Under the pieces are notes generated by a model that was not told the DNA's origin, searched no databases, and saw only the letters and a program-made list of their open reading frames with translations. Made by a program: the position numbers and the translations under genes. Shown piece after piece: positions 34,397-44,062 of a stretch of 44,062 nucleotides of DNA. The DNA is from Amoeboaphelidium occidentale (Eukaryota). The DNA is taken from NCBI GenBank assembly GCA_023515795.1, contig JALGPX010000101.1:1-44062 (forward strand), given 5' to 3'. The stretch's first letter is position 1; the number at the start of each line of letters is the position of its first letter.

Positions 34397-36063
34397 TCAA
34401 ATTAAAGCTCTTACTGTTTTCCTTTTCTTTTTCGGTATAACAACCTTGACTTCGGATTGACAATACATTGCTACCTTTTCTGTGTCTTTCATCAAGAAAG
34501 GATCAAGAGGTGCATCAGTATGAACAGTTAACCAATGATCTCTTAGATTGTACCAGCCTTTTTTACCGGTTCTGATATGATTACAGTTTGGATAAGGGCA
34601 TTTGAGAATAGCATTTGTGTTGCGTAATCCAGATGTTTGTTCCAGGACCACGACAGGAGCATCATTTGGTTTTATAGGTTTCAGAACCATGTTGTGAGCA
34701 GCAGGATCTGTATTTTCTTTTGGCCAATAAAATGCATTTGGCAGCTTGGTTTGCTCTCCATTATCATCGTCGATTAGAGCTGGAACTGTTATAGGCGAGA
34801 TGTTAGCGCTGGAATTGTTGCTGCTATTCCTTGACGATGCTTCAGTTGATTCATCCAGCTCTTCATCGTTCCTTTTCATAATAAAATTCGAGAAATTGCT
34901 GTTAATATTCGAGCCGAAGCGATCAGGTACTTTTGATATAATATTTAAAGTTGAATGATTGCTTTTAACTTGCTGGTTTACAGTTTGTGTTTTTGCTGTA
35001 ACCTCATCTTTCTTAGTAGAATTGGAACAACTTGCCTGTGCGAGCTTTATGTAGTGATTGATATCCAGTTGTGGATGATGAAGAGCAATATGAGTCTTCA
35101 GCGTGTGGAACTTTCCAACACCTGAAGCGCTTGAATTACAACCAGGAACAGGGCAAACAACTAGATCATACTTCTTGATAAACTCCTCAGGAAAAGACAA
35201 ACCCTTGTGAACTTTTGTGAAATGTATACGAACATTCATATCAACCTTCGACTTGTACTTGCAACCTTTAATAGGGCAGCAAACCATTTGTGGTTCTTCC
35301 GTTTGTGCTTTAGATTCAACTATTGTTTCAACTAATGATACATCTTCTCTATCTTCAGATCTTCTTGAGGAAGCATTTCGTCTAGGTTTCAATTTACGCC
35401 GACCTTTCTTTTCTGATGGCATGTAATCTTCATCGTTGCTTGGCTCATAATCAGATGCAGGACTTTCGTAACCACTGCGTGCCACTGTTCCAGGAACTGC
35501 CGTTTCATTTCGATTCAATGCAGGTACATGATCTTCTAGTGGTCGCGACTGTGTTAGGTCTTCTTTATGTGCACCTAAACAGGAAATTAGAAATCAACAA
35601 ACAACTCCTGAAACAAACCTCCAGAATGAGCACTTAAGTCTTGAGCATAATAATTCAGCCGGTGTTTCTGTAAGAAATCCATCGATAGTCGTGGATAGTT
35701 TGGATGCACAGCTGAGAAATGATTTAAAGCTGTCTGGACATCCTGAGCATCACATCGAAATGAGCAACCAGCAACAGGACAAGAGATCTCTCTGTCTTTT
35801 AAAACACCGCCACTGCAACCAACAGGTTGACCCGGATACATCAGTTGGCGAGCATGTCTGTATTCTTGTGGAAGAGCATTATGTGGTTGATACTGTCCAG
35901 CGGTCGGAGGTGCAAAAGGAAGTTCTAATTGTGCAACATTGTGTAACAAGTGTAAATTGTTCATCGGTAGGTATGAGGGATGTACAGGATAGTTGAAGGG
36001 GTAGTACATGGGCTTGCCTTGGGCCTTGATGTGTTCATATCCTTGATACTGACCTTGTTTCAT
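34397..36063 (-). CDS. Four-finger atypical C2H2 zinc-finger protein with a P/Q/Y-rich N-terminus
   Basis: ORFs 36063-35587 and 35518-34397 join in frame through a predicted intron at 35618-35575 (GTTTGT..TTTAG). Fingers CPVAGC, CPIKGC, CPVPGC and CPYPNC. NLS-like PKKKRK. A further 3' exon is possible. Confidence 0.75.
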
Positions 36064-36231
36064 GGTTGCGTAGAAATTCTAACAAGCGCGGTTGGTTGTT
36101 GTGAACATTGACGATCATTCAATAGAGCATCATTTCGATCTCTGGAGGTTCAACTAAAGATTAAGGGAATATCAGGCTTCATAAAGCGTACTAAAAGGTT
36201 CAACGTTTTATTAAAGATATGAAGCATATGA

Positions 36232-37902
36232 TTATGGCCGCATAGATGCACCTTCTAGCACTTTTAGAGATCCTTTTGCTATGGAACCAAAACCACCTAC
36301 TCTGCTCTTTTCATACTCCTCTAGAATCAGTTCAACACGGACTTTTGCAGCATCTTGCCGGAGTTTGCTTAAATAATCTTGTCTCAAATAGAGAAGAATC
36401 TTTTCTGCTTGTTGACCATATCTTTGTAACCAAGTGCTTCCAGAAACTTTTAAAAATGTTTCTATCAAACTAGATGATATCTTTCGTGGTTTTAAATTCA
36501 ACAACTTAGCGAAAACACTCCATAATAAAGATGTATCAAGACAATTCTCACAATCAAAATCTTTCATATCAATTGACAGCAAACAAACGTACAGAGCAAA
36601 CATACCACACATTCGCTCAGTGTACCGATCTTCAGACTCGACTGATCCACTCATCTGTTTGTAACCCATTTTTACTCTGTACTGATCATCAGTTTCACCT
36701 TTGATTCTTTTTGCGAATATTGGAACAACATACATACACTTCTTAACAAGTCTTCCAGTGATGCATTTCTGCAATACATCATAGGCATCCTGCCCTATTT
36801 TCTGTTTGCACTGGACCAGAAGCAAAACAACAAGTTTCGCAAGAGGGCAAGACTTTGCCAAATTCACAGAAACTTCACTTTCAGCTTGACTTGCAACAAT
36901 CTTCCCTATCGTATTGCAAACATAAAGATACAACAGGTCTTTTGATAAATTGTATGCTTTCTGCAAAATATCAACCAACTCGTTACTGAAATTAACAATG
37001 TGTTGTTTGGAATGAGTTACAGCGCCCAACTTCTGCTGAAAAGGCATTCTGTAACGCATAGCTTCCATGTACATTTCTTTGTTTGCTTTCACTTTCGCGG
37101 TAACGTTCTCTTTCATAGACTTCACATACTGCACCAGTGGTAAATAATTCTGTTCATAATCGGCATAGTCTCCGTATAGTTGTACCTCAGAAGCTTGAGA
37201 CACAGTCGGAGTATTAAGAACAGGAGATTCCACTGGTTTAAGAAGTGCTGCTTCTTCCTTCTTTTTACGCTCAGCTTCTTCTTTAGCCTTTTGTTCCTCC
37301 TGCTTTTTCCTTAACACTTCCTGTTCTTTCTGTTGCTTCACCATTTCCTCCTTCTTTAGCCGCTCTGCTTCGAGTGCCTCCTTTTCTTTCCGTTCCCGTT
37401 CTTCTTTTTCTTTTATCAAGCGTTCTTTTTCTAAGCGCTCATCGTTCAGCTTTTTAATGGTCGCCAACTGCTGCTGCTCCTTCCGATCAAATTCCTGTTC
37501 GATGTGCCTCCTCAGTTCCTCTTCCTTCCGTTTCAGCTCAGCGAGAATTCGTTTATCCGGAGAAACTCCAGCAGATCTACTCAGCGGCGCTGAACTTTTT
37601 GATGCATAAGCAGATGATCCCAACATCATTTCGATATCATCCTTTGATATTAGCGGTTCTTTAGCTCTGGATACATTTAAGCGTCTCGGAATCGCAGGCA
37701 TAGAAAGTCTTTTGCTTTCCCTTCCACCAGGGGTAGACTTTGCAGGACTTTCTTTAGTCTTTGCTAGAATCCTCTCCAGTTCCCTATTCATCGACTTTAG
37801 CTCCAACGGAAGCACGGAAGGTGTTTTTATTCTAAATGTCTTCTGATGCTCTACAGCGTCGATATCATCATAATCATCAACTTCCGGCAGCGTTATCTTC
37901 AT
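36232..37902 (-). CDS. GLE1: mRNA export factor Gle1
   Basis: Charged coiled-coil N-half. The C-terminal domain has QAESEV, KKCMYVVP, YRVKMGY...ESEDRYTERMCGMFALY and FLKVSG..L.RYGQQ..KIL. Confidence 0.88.
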   Translation of the reverse strand: MKITLPEVDDYDDIDAVEHQKTFRIKTPSVLPLELKSMNRELERILAKTKESPAKSTPGGRESKRLSMPAIPRRLNVSRAKEPLISKDDIEMMLGSSAYASKSSAPLSRSAGVSPDKRILAELKRKEEELRRHIEQEFDRKEQQQLATIKKLNDERLEKERLIKEKEERERKEKEALEAERLKKEEMVKQQKEQEVLRKKQEEQKAKEEAERKKKEEAALLKPVESPVLNTPTVSQASEVQLYGDYADYEQNYLPLVQYVKSMKENVTAKVKANKEMYMEAMRYRMPFQQKLGAVTHSKQHIVNFSNELVDILQKAYNLSKDLLYLYVCNTIGKIVASQAESEVSVNLAKSCPLAKLVVLLLVQCKQKIGQDAYDVLQKCITGRLVKKCMYVVPIFAKRIKGETDDQYRVKMGYKQMSGSVESEDRYTERMCGMFALYVCLLSIDMKDFDCENCLDTSLLWSVFAKLLNLKPRKISSSLIETFLKVSGSTWLQRYGQQAEKILLYLRQDYLSKLRQDAAKVRVELILEEYEKSRVGGFGSIAKGSLKVLEGASMRP

Positions 37903-37966
37903 TGTAGTATCAAAGACGAAGATGGACAATTCCTGAAAACAAAATTTAATTCTATTAAGTTGACCT

Positions 37967-38404
37967 TCACAAATCCAGACAGTGTCTCATTGAACCAGCT
38001 ACGATAGTCGAGTGTCTCTTCTCTCTTGTCGTTCTTGAAGGTGTAACAGTGATTGTTGACTTGACGCCAACGATTGAGTGCTGATAAGTTTCAAGAACAT
38101 TCTTAACGAGCATTTGGTTCAGCTGTTCCCAGTACGTATTATCCTTTTCATGTTCTTTGAGAAGATCAATAAGCATCTGCTTAATATCCAAATAGTTGAC
38201 CATTTCCTCTGGTTCAATTGAGGGCTTGTAAACATAAGTGAAGTCCAAGTCTAACAGCTGCCCGTGTTCCTGAACGTATGATTTGATCTTTGGGACAGCA
38301 AAAGATAAAACATTACAAGCAGGACGATCAGCAGCGTGAACCATGCTGATGAATGCGATCATGTAAAGTACGATCGTAGCGGAGATCATTCTCAAGGAAT
38401 TCAT
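37967..38404 (-). CDS. Small secreted protein of unknown function, possibly T-fold (FolB-like) and bacterial-like
   Basis: Signal peptide ending VHA-A, intronless. YVYK....NYLDI...I..L......YWEQLN..L...L......V...V.P....R.S pattern. Confidence 0.55.
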   Translation of the reverse strand: MNSLRMISATIVLYMIAFISMVHAADRPACNVLSFAVPKIKSYVQEHGQLLDLDFTYVYKPSIEPEEMVNYLDIKQMLIDLLKEHEKDNTYWEQLNQMLVKNVLETYQHSIVGVKSTITVTPSRTTREKRHSTIVAGSMRHCLDL

Positions 38405-38622
38405 TAGTGGGCTAAACTAAACAACAATAATAGCAGCAGGAGATTTTATGTGAAAAATGCGTTAAATGTGTGCAAGGAGCGACTAAAGTCTGAGCTCAGG
38501 GGTATCATTCCGATCAGGTTCACGCTGCATTACCTGAAGATAAAGCAACAAGAAGCTGTTGCAGTTTTCACAAGATCATAATTGCGCCTCTCTTAGAAAG
38601 ACTACAACGCCCTCGATCTTAA

Positions 38623-39499
<877 letters not shown>

Positions 39500-39550
39500 G
39501 TTGACCTTTATGGTAAAGATAGTAATGAATTTATTATGATTAGTTTTTTA

Positions 39551-40366
39551 CTAAATACGTCCGCTATCTGTTTCATCGTCGCTGTCCAAGTGCTTGTAGG
39601 GACCTGTGAACTTTGAAGTTGACGCTTTTGGTTGAGCCTGTTGCCTTTTAAGGTTCATTGGTTGGCGTATTATAATCTGTCTCTTATTCTGGCTGCGTTT
39701 CATAAATGCCAAGCTGGGACTGGAAGATAATTCCATGTCATTTGACTCGCTGCGAAGATCATCATCGTCACCAACAACTTCACCGATAACATCCTCATGT
39801 GAAGTAAGACTGGCAACAGCAGAATCTTCATCGCTCTCATCTGAAATCTCGTGTTTTACCTTCACAGCCTTCAAGTAAGTTAAGCTTTCTGTGAAGCGAA
39901 AGGGTTTACCTTCTTTGCTCGCTTAAGCACACGACCATATGAGGGCATTTCTTTATCAGGATGCTTTAAATTGTAGCTAAAAACATTAAAATGCTCTCAG
40001 TAATGTGAAAGGTTACTGTGTCTTCATGTGGTTGAATCTGTTCTTTCCTGATCTCTTAATAGGACATCCTGGTTCTTGGCAATAGATAACATCATCATAC
40101 TTGGATAAGCGAGGTTCGAGTTCTTTCTCGGTAGGTTCAGGTTCTGACTTGTGATTTTGAGCGTAATGTGATAAGATTAATGGCCTGGCTTCTTCTCCAG
40201 TCTTGCGGAAGGTGCACCTTGGAGATGGGCAGTAAATGTATAGGATTGATGCTAATTTCTTCGAGTGGGCGTCCAAGTCGTGTGGTTGTCTTTTTCTCCC
40301 ACTCCCTGGCTCTGCTGATTCTCCGTTCTCTGGGAGGTTTGGGAGGGTATCTGCTGAGTTAACCAT
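39551..40366 (-). CDS. Paired atypical C2H2 zinc-finger protein with an acidic tail (three exons)
   Basis: CPSPRC..HYAQNH..CQEPGC..HMKTH/YNLKHP is completed across a GTAACC..TTTAG intron near 40018-39977. A second intron near 39909-39870 joins ORF 39551-39874. Confidence 0.7.
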
Positions 40367-40515
40367 ATTGAGGCGTATGATCTTTTGAATTGAATCAGGA
40401 CGTTGGCGGCGCGAAGGTCGACAATTGGAAATCCAAACTGATAGAGTTTCAGCTAGGAAACTAACATCAGCTCATCTTTTAATACATATTTATTGATCAT
40501 TTTTACTTGAATTCT

Positions 40516-43500
40516 TTAAATCAAATAGTTCATTTCAGATATTTCATAGGTATTGTTGCCTTCATTCGGTACAGGAGCAATAAATGGGACAAGTGCATCT
40601 TGTGAGCTCCAGTAAATGGAGTTAAACATTCTCCAATAGCATTCGCGTACTTTACGTGCTGGATGAAACAAGCCTTGAATAACATACAATGCAATGATTC
40701 CACCACCAAGTGCAACTCTTAAACCTTCAATCGCGTCATTAAAAGCCAAATGAATGTGTGCTGTTGTTTCAAAGATATTAGGCCAGACAAAGTTTAATAA
40801 GTGATGAAGAACATCCTCACGATCTGCAGCAAAGCAACCAAGAGCTAAATGTTTGATTGCGGAACATGAAGTCTGTCTATGAACCAAATCTCGATCCATC
40901 AGTGCATCTTCAAGCAGAGGTGCAATCGCATATACATAATCTTTACAAACATCGCCAACATACTCAAAAGTAAAAGCCAAAGCTTTTAAAACACCATTCT
41001 GTACATTCAGTTCTGGAGTGCGATATTCATTCATCAAAGCAGGCAATACAGTGAATGGTGAACAACTTTCTGCAACAATAGCAATGGCGATAGTGGTACA
41101 TAGACGGAGCTGTCTTTCTTGGACTTTGAGGTTATTCAATAAGGTCACAAGAACATCTTGAGGGCCGATGGCTTTGGAAATGTGTCCAAAAGTTAAAATA
41201 GCAGCTCTGCGGATAGACTTTCGAGGAGCTTTCAATGTTTCCAAAAGCTCAAAACAAATACGCATCCATTCTCGAGCAGACACATGCTCATGACCTCTCT
41301 CAGCAATTTTACCAACCAAGTCGATAGAATGTTCCTGCACTTTTTCGTGCCTATTCTTCAGAATTGGTGTTAATCTTGGAAGCAAGTCCTTAATTGGTGG
41401 TTCCATCTTTTGCATTCCTACAGTGTAAACAACACCTTTCAGTCCAACCAAAATTGAAGCCAAGACTTCAGGGTATTCTTCTCCAAGATTCTCATAAAGT
41501 ACTTTACCAAAGTTAATCAAGACAGCTTCTTGGTCACAATCAATTAGGACTGGAGCTAGTCTGCCAATTAATTCTGCGGCTTCTTGTCTTATTCTGGAAC
41601 TTTTGTTATTCAATCTCCACAGAAGCAGCGCACAAATATTCTCCAAGTATGGCAACATTCTTGAGCCAATACTGCCAAAGATTGTGCCAATAGCATCCAA
41701 CTGATTGCGATAGTCGTCCGACTGAATGTTTTCAAAAACATAGATTAAGCCGTCAACCATTAATTCTTCTAAACGACGATCATTCTTCAAATCCGCAACA
41801 CCCATATCACCAATGATGACATGTAGACAATCCAGTGACATTTTCCTAAAGCTTTCTTGCTCATCTTTCAAAATTGGCACCAAGTATGAAATTATTCTAC
41901 GCGAACCAACTCTTTTTGCCAAGTACCAAGTCGTCTCAACAACTTGTTTGTAATTTCTACGATCCACTGCCATGCGACGAATCCAAAAGTTATCGAAATA
42001 CGGCCTGACCATATCTTCAATAACATGATTTTCAATCCCTTGAGTTTGAGTAATTTGCTTCACAACTTTCAAGACAATCTTCTTCATTTCATCATCAGGT
42101 GAAGCAAATTCTCTCATTACAACAGGAATAATTCTCTTACTATATGCTGAAGCGAATTCCATATCCATCAAAGGTATAATCATTCCGATAGCTTTCAAAA
42201 ATGCTGCCAACGCTTTTCCTCTCATTTTCCTGACACCTTCATACAACGGTTTTAAAATTCCTTCAAACGATTCGAAGCCATAAGGATAAGAACTTTCAGC
42301 CAACGAACTGAGAGCTAAGGCAGTCATTATTCTAACTTTTTGATTATCATCCTCAAGACCAACTTTGATTGCATCAACCAATTGGCTAAGATAAGGAAGT
42401 ATACCACAACCCAGCAGAATACTGATCTGTTGCACAATCTTTACACCAGTATGACGTGCCTGCCATGATTTCTTACTTTTACATACAGCGCGGATAAAAT
42501 GAATGACTGAATCAACTCCTAAAGCGGATGCTACAACAGAAAATGCACGAGCTGTGGTATTTCTCACAAACTCATCAACATGATCAATATCAGGGCGCAT
42601 TACAGACACCATCGTAGCCAAACCGACAGCCTTACTCAAGTTACTAATGATTTCTCTGCCTTCGATTCTAGCGTAGTAATCTTCGTCAACCAACATTGGC
42701 TCGAACACAACCAGTATCTTGTGCACATAGGGATTAACTTCAGTCTGCAATTTGAATATCATCCTGTCAGCAACTTTAACCAACAAATGACGTTCCTTTG
42801 CGTCTAAGTGCGGAGACATAAGCAAAGGCAAAAGCGCATCAAAGATCATCTTGGCCCCGAACTCCTGAGCTTTGTCAGTCAATAATTTCAAAGACTGTTT
42901 TCTTATCGCAGGCATACCATTCTTAATACGCAACAGTAAACGCAATAACTTTCTTTCCTTCAATTCCTCCAAAGTCATGGAATCTTCATCCTTCTCGTTA
43001 TTCAACAGCTTAGCAAAGAATTGAACATCTTCCGGTTTAAACAGAGGCAAAGATTCATCACCGCCACCCAAGTTCGGAACCAAAGCCGTGCCAGCCTCAG
43101 CGGATGCCGCAATGTAAAACTCTGAGCCTTCCTTTTCCTCAGCCTTATATTCCTTCGCCTTAAAAACAGGTTTATAATCAGCTGGCGGTTCAACGATGAC
43201 GTAACCTTCTTGTGGAAGCATGGCGTCCAATTCTTCATCCGTCAAGTAACGATTCCTCCATTCCATTTCCCTTTCGATCGGCGTTTTCGATGTGACGGAG
43301 GATGCCAACGAAGGGGCAACGGATGCGCCGTCCTCAGCCGTTTCCATTGCGCTTTCTTCTCCTGCGTCGCCCTTCTTATCCCATCGTGAGGTGCGTTCCT
43401 TTCTTTTTAATTCTTCCAATTCCCTCCCGATCTGCGCTTCCTTGACGTACTCTGCGTAGGATGCATTGCGGTCAGGCGATAAAACTCTTTTGTCTCTGTA

Positions 43501-43590
43501 CGTTGAGACTTCTTTTCTATTTCTGTCCGGTTCCTCGTCTCCCGGTTGGAGCGGAGGTTGTAATTGCTTGTGAAGATCCCACCTGGACAT
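40516..43590 (-). CDS. SF3B1: U2 snRNP splicing factor SF3B1 (Hsh155)
   Basis: SRWD ULM motifs, [19 protein letters not shown] repeats [44 protein letters not shown] and NVQNGVLK. First ATG at 43590. Confidence 0.97.
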   Translation of the reverse strand: MSRWDLHKQLQPPLQPGDEEPDRNRKEVSTYRDKRVLSPDRNASYAEYVKEAQIGRELEELKRKERTSRWDKKGDAGEESAMETAEDGASVAPSLASSVTSKTPIEREMEWRNRYLTDEELDAMLPQEGYVIVEPPADYKPVFKAKEYKAEEKEGSEFYIAASAEAGTALVPNLGGGDESLPLFKPEDVQFFAKLLNNEKDEDSMTLEELKERKLLRLLLRIKNGMPAIRKQSLKLLTDKAQEFGAKMIFDALLPLLMSPHLDAKERHLLVKVADRMIFKLQTEVNPYVHKILVVFEPMLVDEDYYARIEGREIISNLSKAVGLATMVSVMRPDIDHVDEFVRNTTARAFSVVASALGVDSVIHFIRAVCKSKKSWQARHTGVKIVQQISILLGCGILPYLSQLVDAIKVGLEDDNQKVRIMTALALSSLAESSYPYGFESFEGILKPLYEGVRKMRGKALAAFLKAIGMIIPLMDMEFASAYSKRIIPVVMREFASPDDEMKKIVLKVVKQITQTQGIENHVIEDMVRPYFDNFWIRRMAVDRRNYKQVVETTWYLAKRVGSRRIISYLVPILKDEQESFRKMSLDCLHVIIGDMGVADLKNDRRLEELMVDGLIYVFENIQSDDYRNQLDAIGTIFGSIGSRMLPYLENICALLLWRLNNKSSRIRQEAAELIGRLAPVLIDCDQEAVLINFGKVLYENLGEEYPEVLASILVGLKGVVYTVGMQKMEPPIKDLLPRLTPILKNRHEKVQEHSIDLVGKIAERGHEHVSAREWMRICFELLETLKAPRKSIRRAAILTFGHISKAIGPQDVLVTLLNNLKVQERQLRLCTTIAIAIVAESCSPFTVLPALMNEYRTPELNVQNGVLKALAFTFEYVGDVCKDYVYAIAPLLEDALMDRDLVHRQTSCSAIKHLALGCFAADREDVLHHLLNFVWPNIFETTAHIHLAFNDAIEGLRVALGGGIIALYVIQGLFHPARKVRECYWRMFNSIYWSSQDALVPFIAPVPNEGNNTYEISEMNYLI

Positions 43591-43608
43591 TTGCAATTGT
43601 GATTGAGC

Positions 43609-43755
43609 AAACTCAGATTGTTGAGTTTAAGTAATCAGCACTTTTGTGCTACGTTATTCAGCACTAGACTGAAAAACGCGGAATTCCAATTACTCAACTC
43701 GGTATATGTAACAAACGCTATAAAATAGCAATGTACTCCGTAAGACCCTCCGCAA
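43609..43755 (-). ncRNA. Putative omegaRNA scaffold / element 3' end of the Fanzor
   Basis: Lies immediately 3' of the nuclease stop and contains at least five stems: AAACTCA/TGAGTTT, AGCAC/GTGCT, CGTT-TTCAG/CTGAA-AACG, GCTAT/ATAGC, and a 12-bp stem 43623-35/43689-700. The G-U pairs form only on the minus strand. Confidence 0.6.
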
Positions 43756-43972
43756 TTAAGCATTGGTTGAGCTACAAAATTTGTATGATCTTGAGAATTT
43801 TTCTGGTCTGACTCCATTGGATGCATTCACTGAGATGAAAACTTCTCTGATGTTCACTGCAGCATTGACATCTCTGTTCCAAAAGATGTTGCAGTTATCA
43901 CATCGTTTCACGTGCCACATTCCCCTCTTTGGTAACGGTTCCTTGCATTTACAACAAAGCATGCTTGTTCTG
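43756..43972 (-). mobile_element. C-terminal part of a eukaryotic TnpB-family (Fanzor, Fanzor1-like) RNA-guided nuclease; truncated by N43973 and the window edge
   Basis: RTSMLCCKC (TS-xx-CxxC), RCDNC and WNRDVNAAVNI (RuvC-III), plus a C-terminal RPEKFSR motif. Confidence 0.82.
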
Positions 43973-43973
43973 N

Positions 43974-44062
43974 AAACTCAGATTGTTGAGTTTAAGTAAT
44001 CAGCACTTTTGTGCTACGTTATTCAGCACTAGAATGAAAAACGCGGAATTCCAATCACTCAA
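43974..44062. repeat. Second copy of 43609-43697 (two SNPs) after N43973
   Basis: Direct identity starting AAACTCAGATTGTTGAG. Confidence 0.85.

Noticed and set aside
43974..44062. Second omegaRNA copy interpreted as a guide array
   Set aside because: It follows a single N like the other overlap artefacts and is cut by the window edge. It cannot be told apart from a haplotype duplicate without long reads.

Overview
Gene-dense eukaryotic DNA with 33-47 nt GT-AG introns and intergenic gaps often under 150 bp. A DZIP1 basal-body gene, a Cdc11-type septin and Crinkler-like genes point to a compact-genome flagellated (zoosporic) fungus or relative, for example Rozella-like; the taxon is an inference. 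Housekeeping genes are an SLC26 transporter, La protein, an acid lipase, GCV1/AMT, DZIP1, SEC24, a 2-Cys peroxiredoxin, a Rab escort protein, an NSUN3/4-type methyltransferase, PRODH/PUT1, a septin, an MFS transporter, GLE1, DPM1 and SF3B1. Accessory content includes two short Crinkler-N-domain-only genes, one Crinkler-type NTPase+REase gene, a frameshifted F-box-like gene, a cluster of five related atypical paired-C2H2 zinc-finger genes, and a secreted protein that looks bacterial. The most striking element is at the right edge: the C-terminus of a eukaryotic TnpB/Fanzor nuclease, followed by a highly structured ~150 nt putative omegaRNA. That RNA ends about 18 nt upstream of the SF3B1 start codon on the same strand, so its guide would be the SF3B1 5' leader. 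Several N-bounded duplications are assembly or haplotype overlaps.
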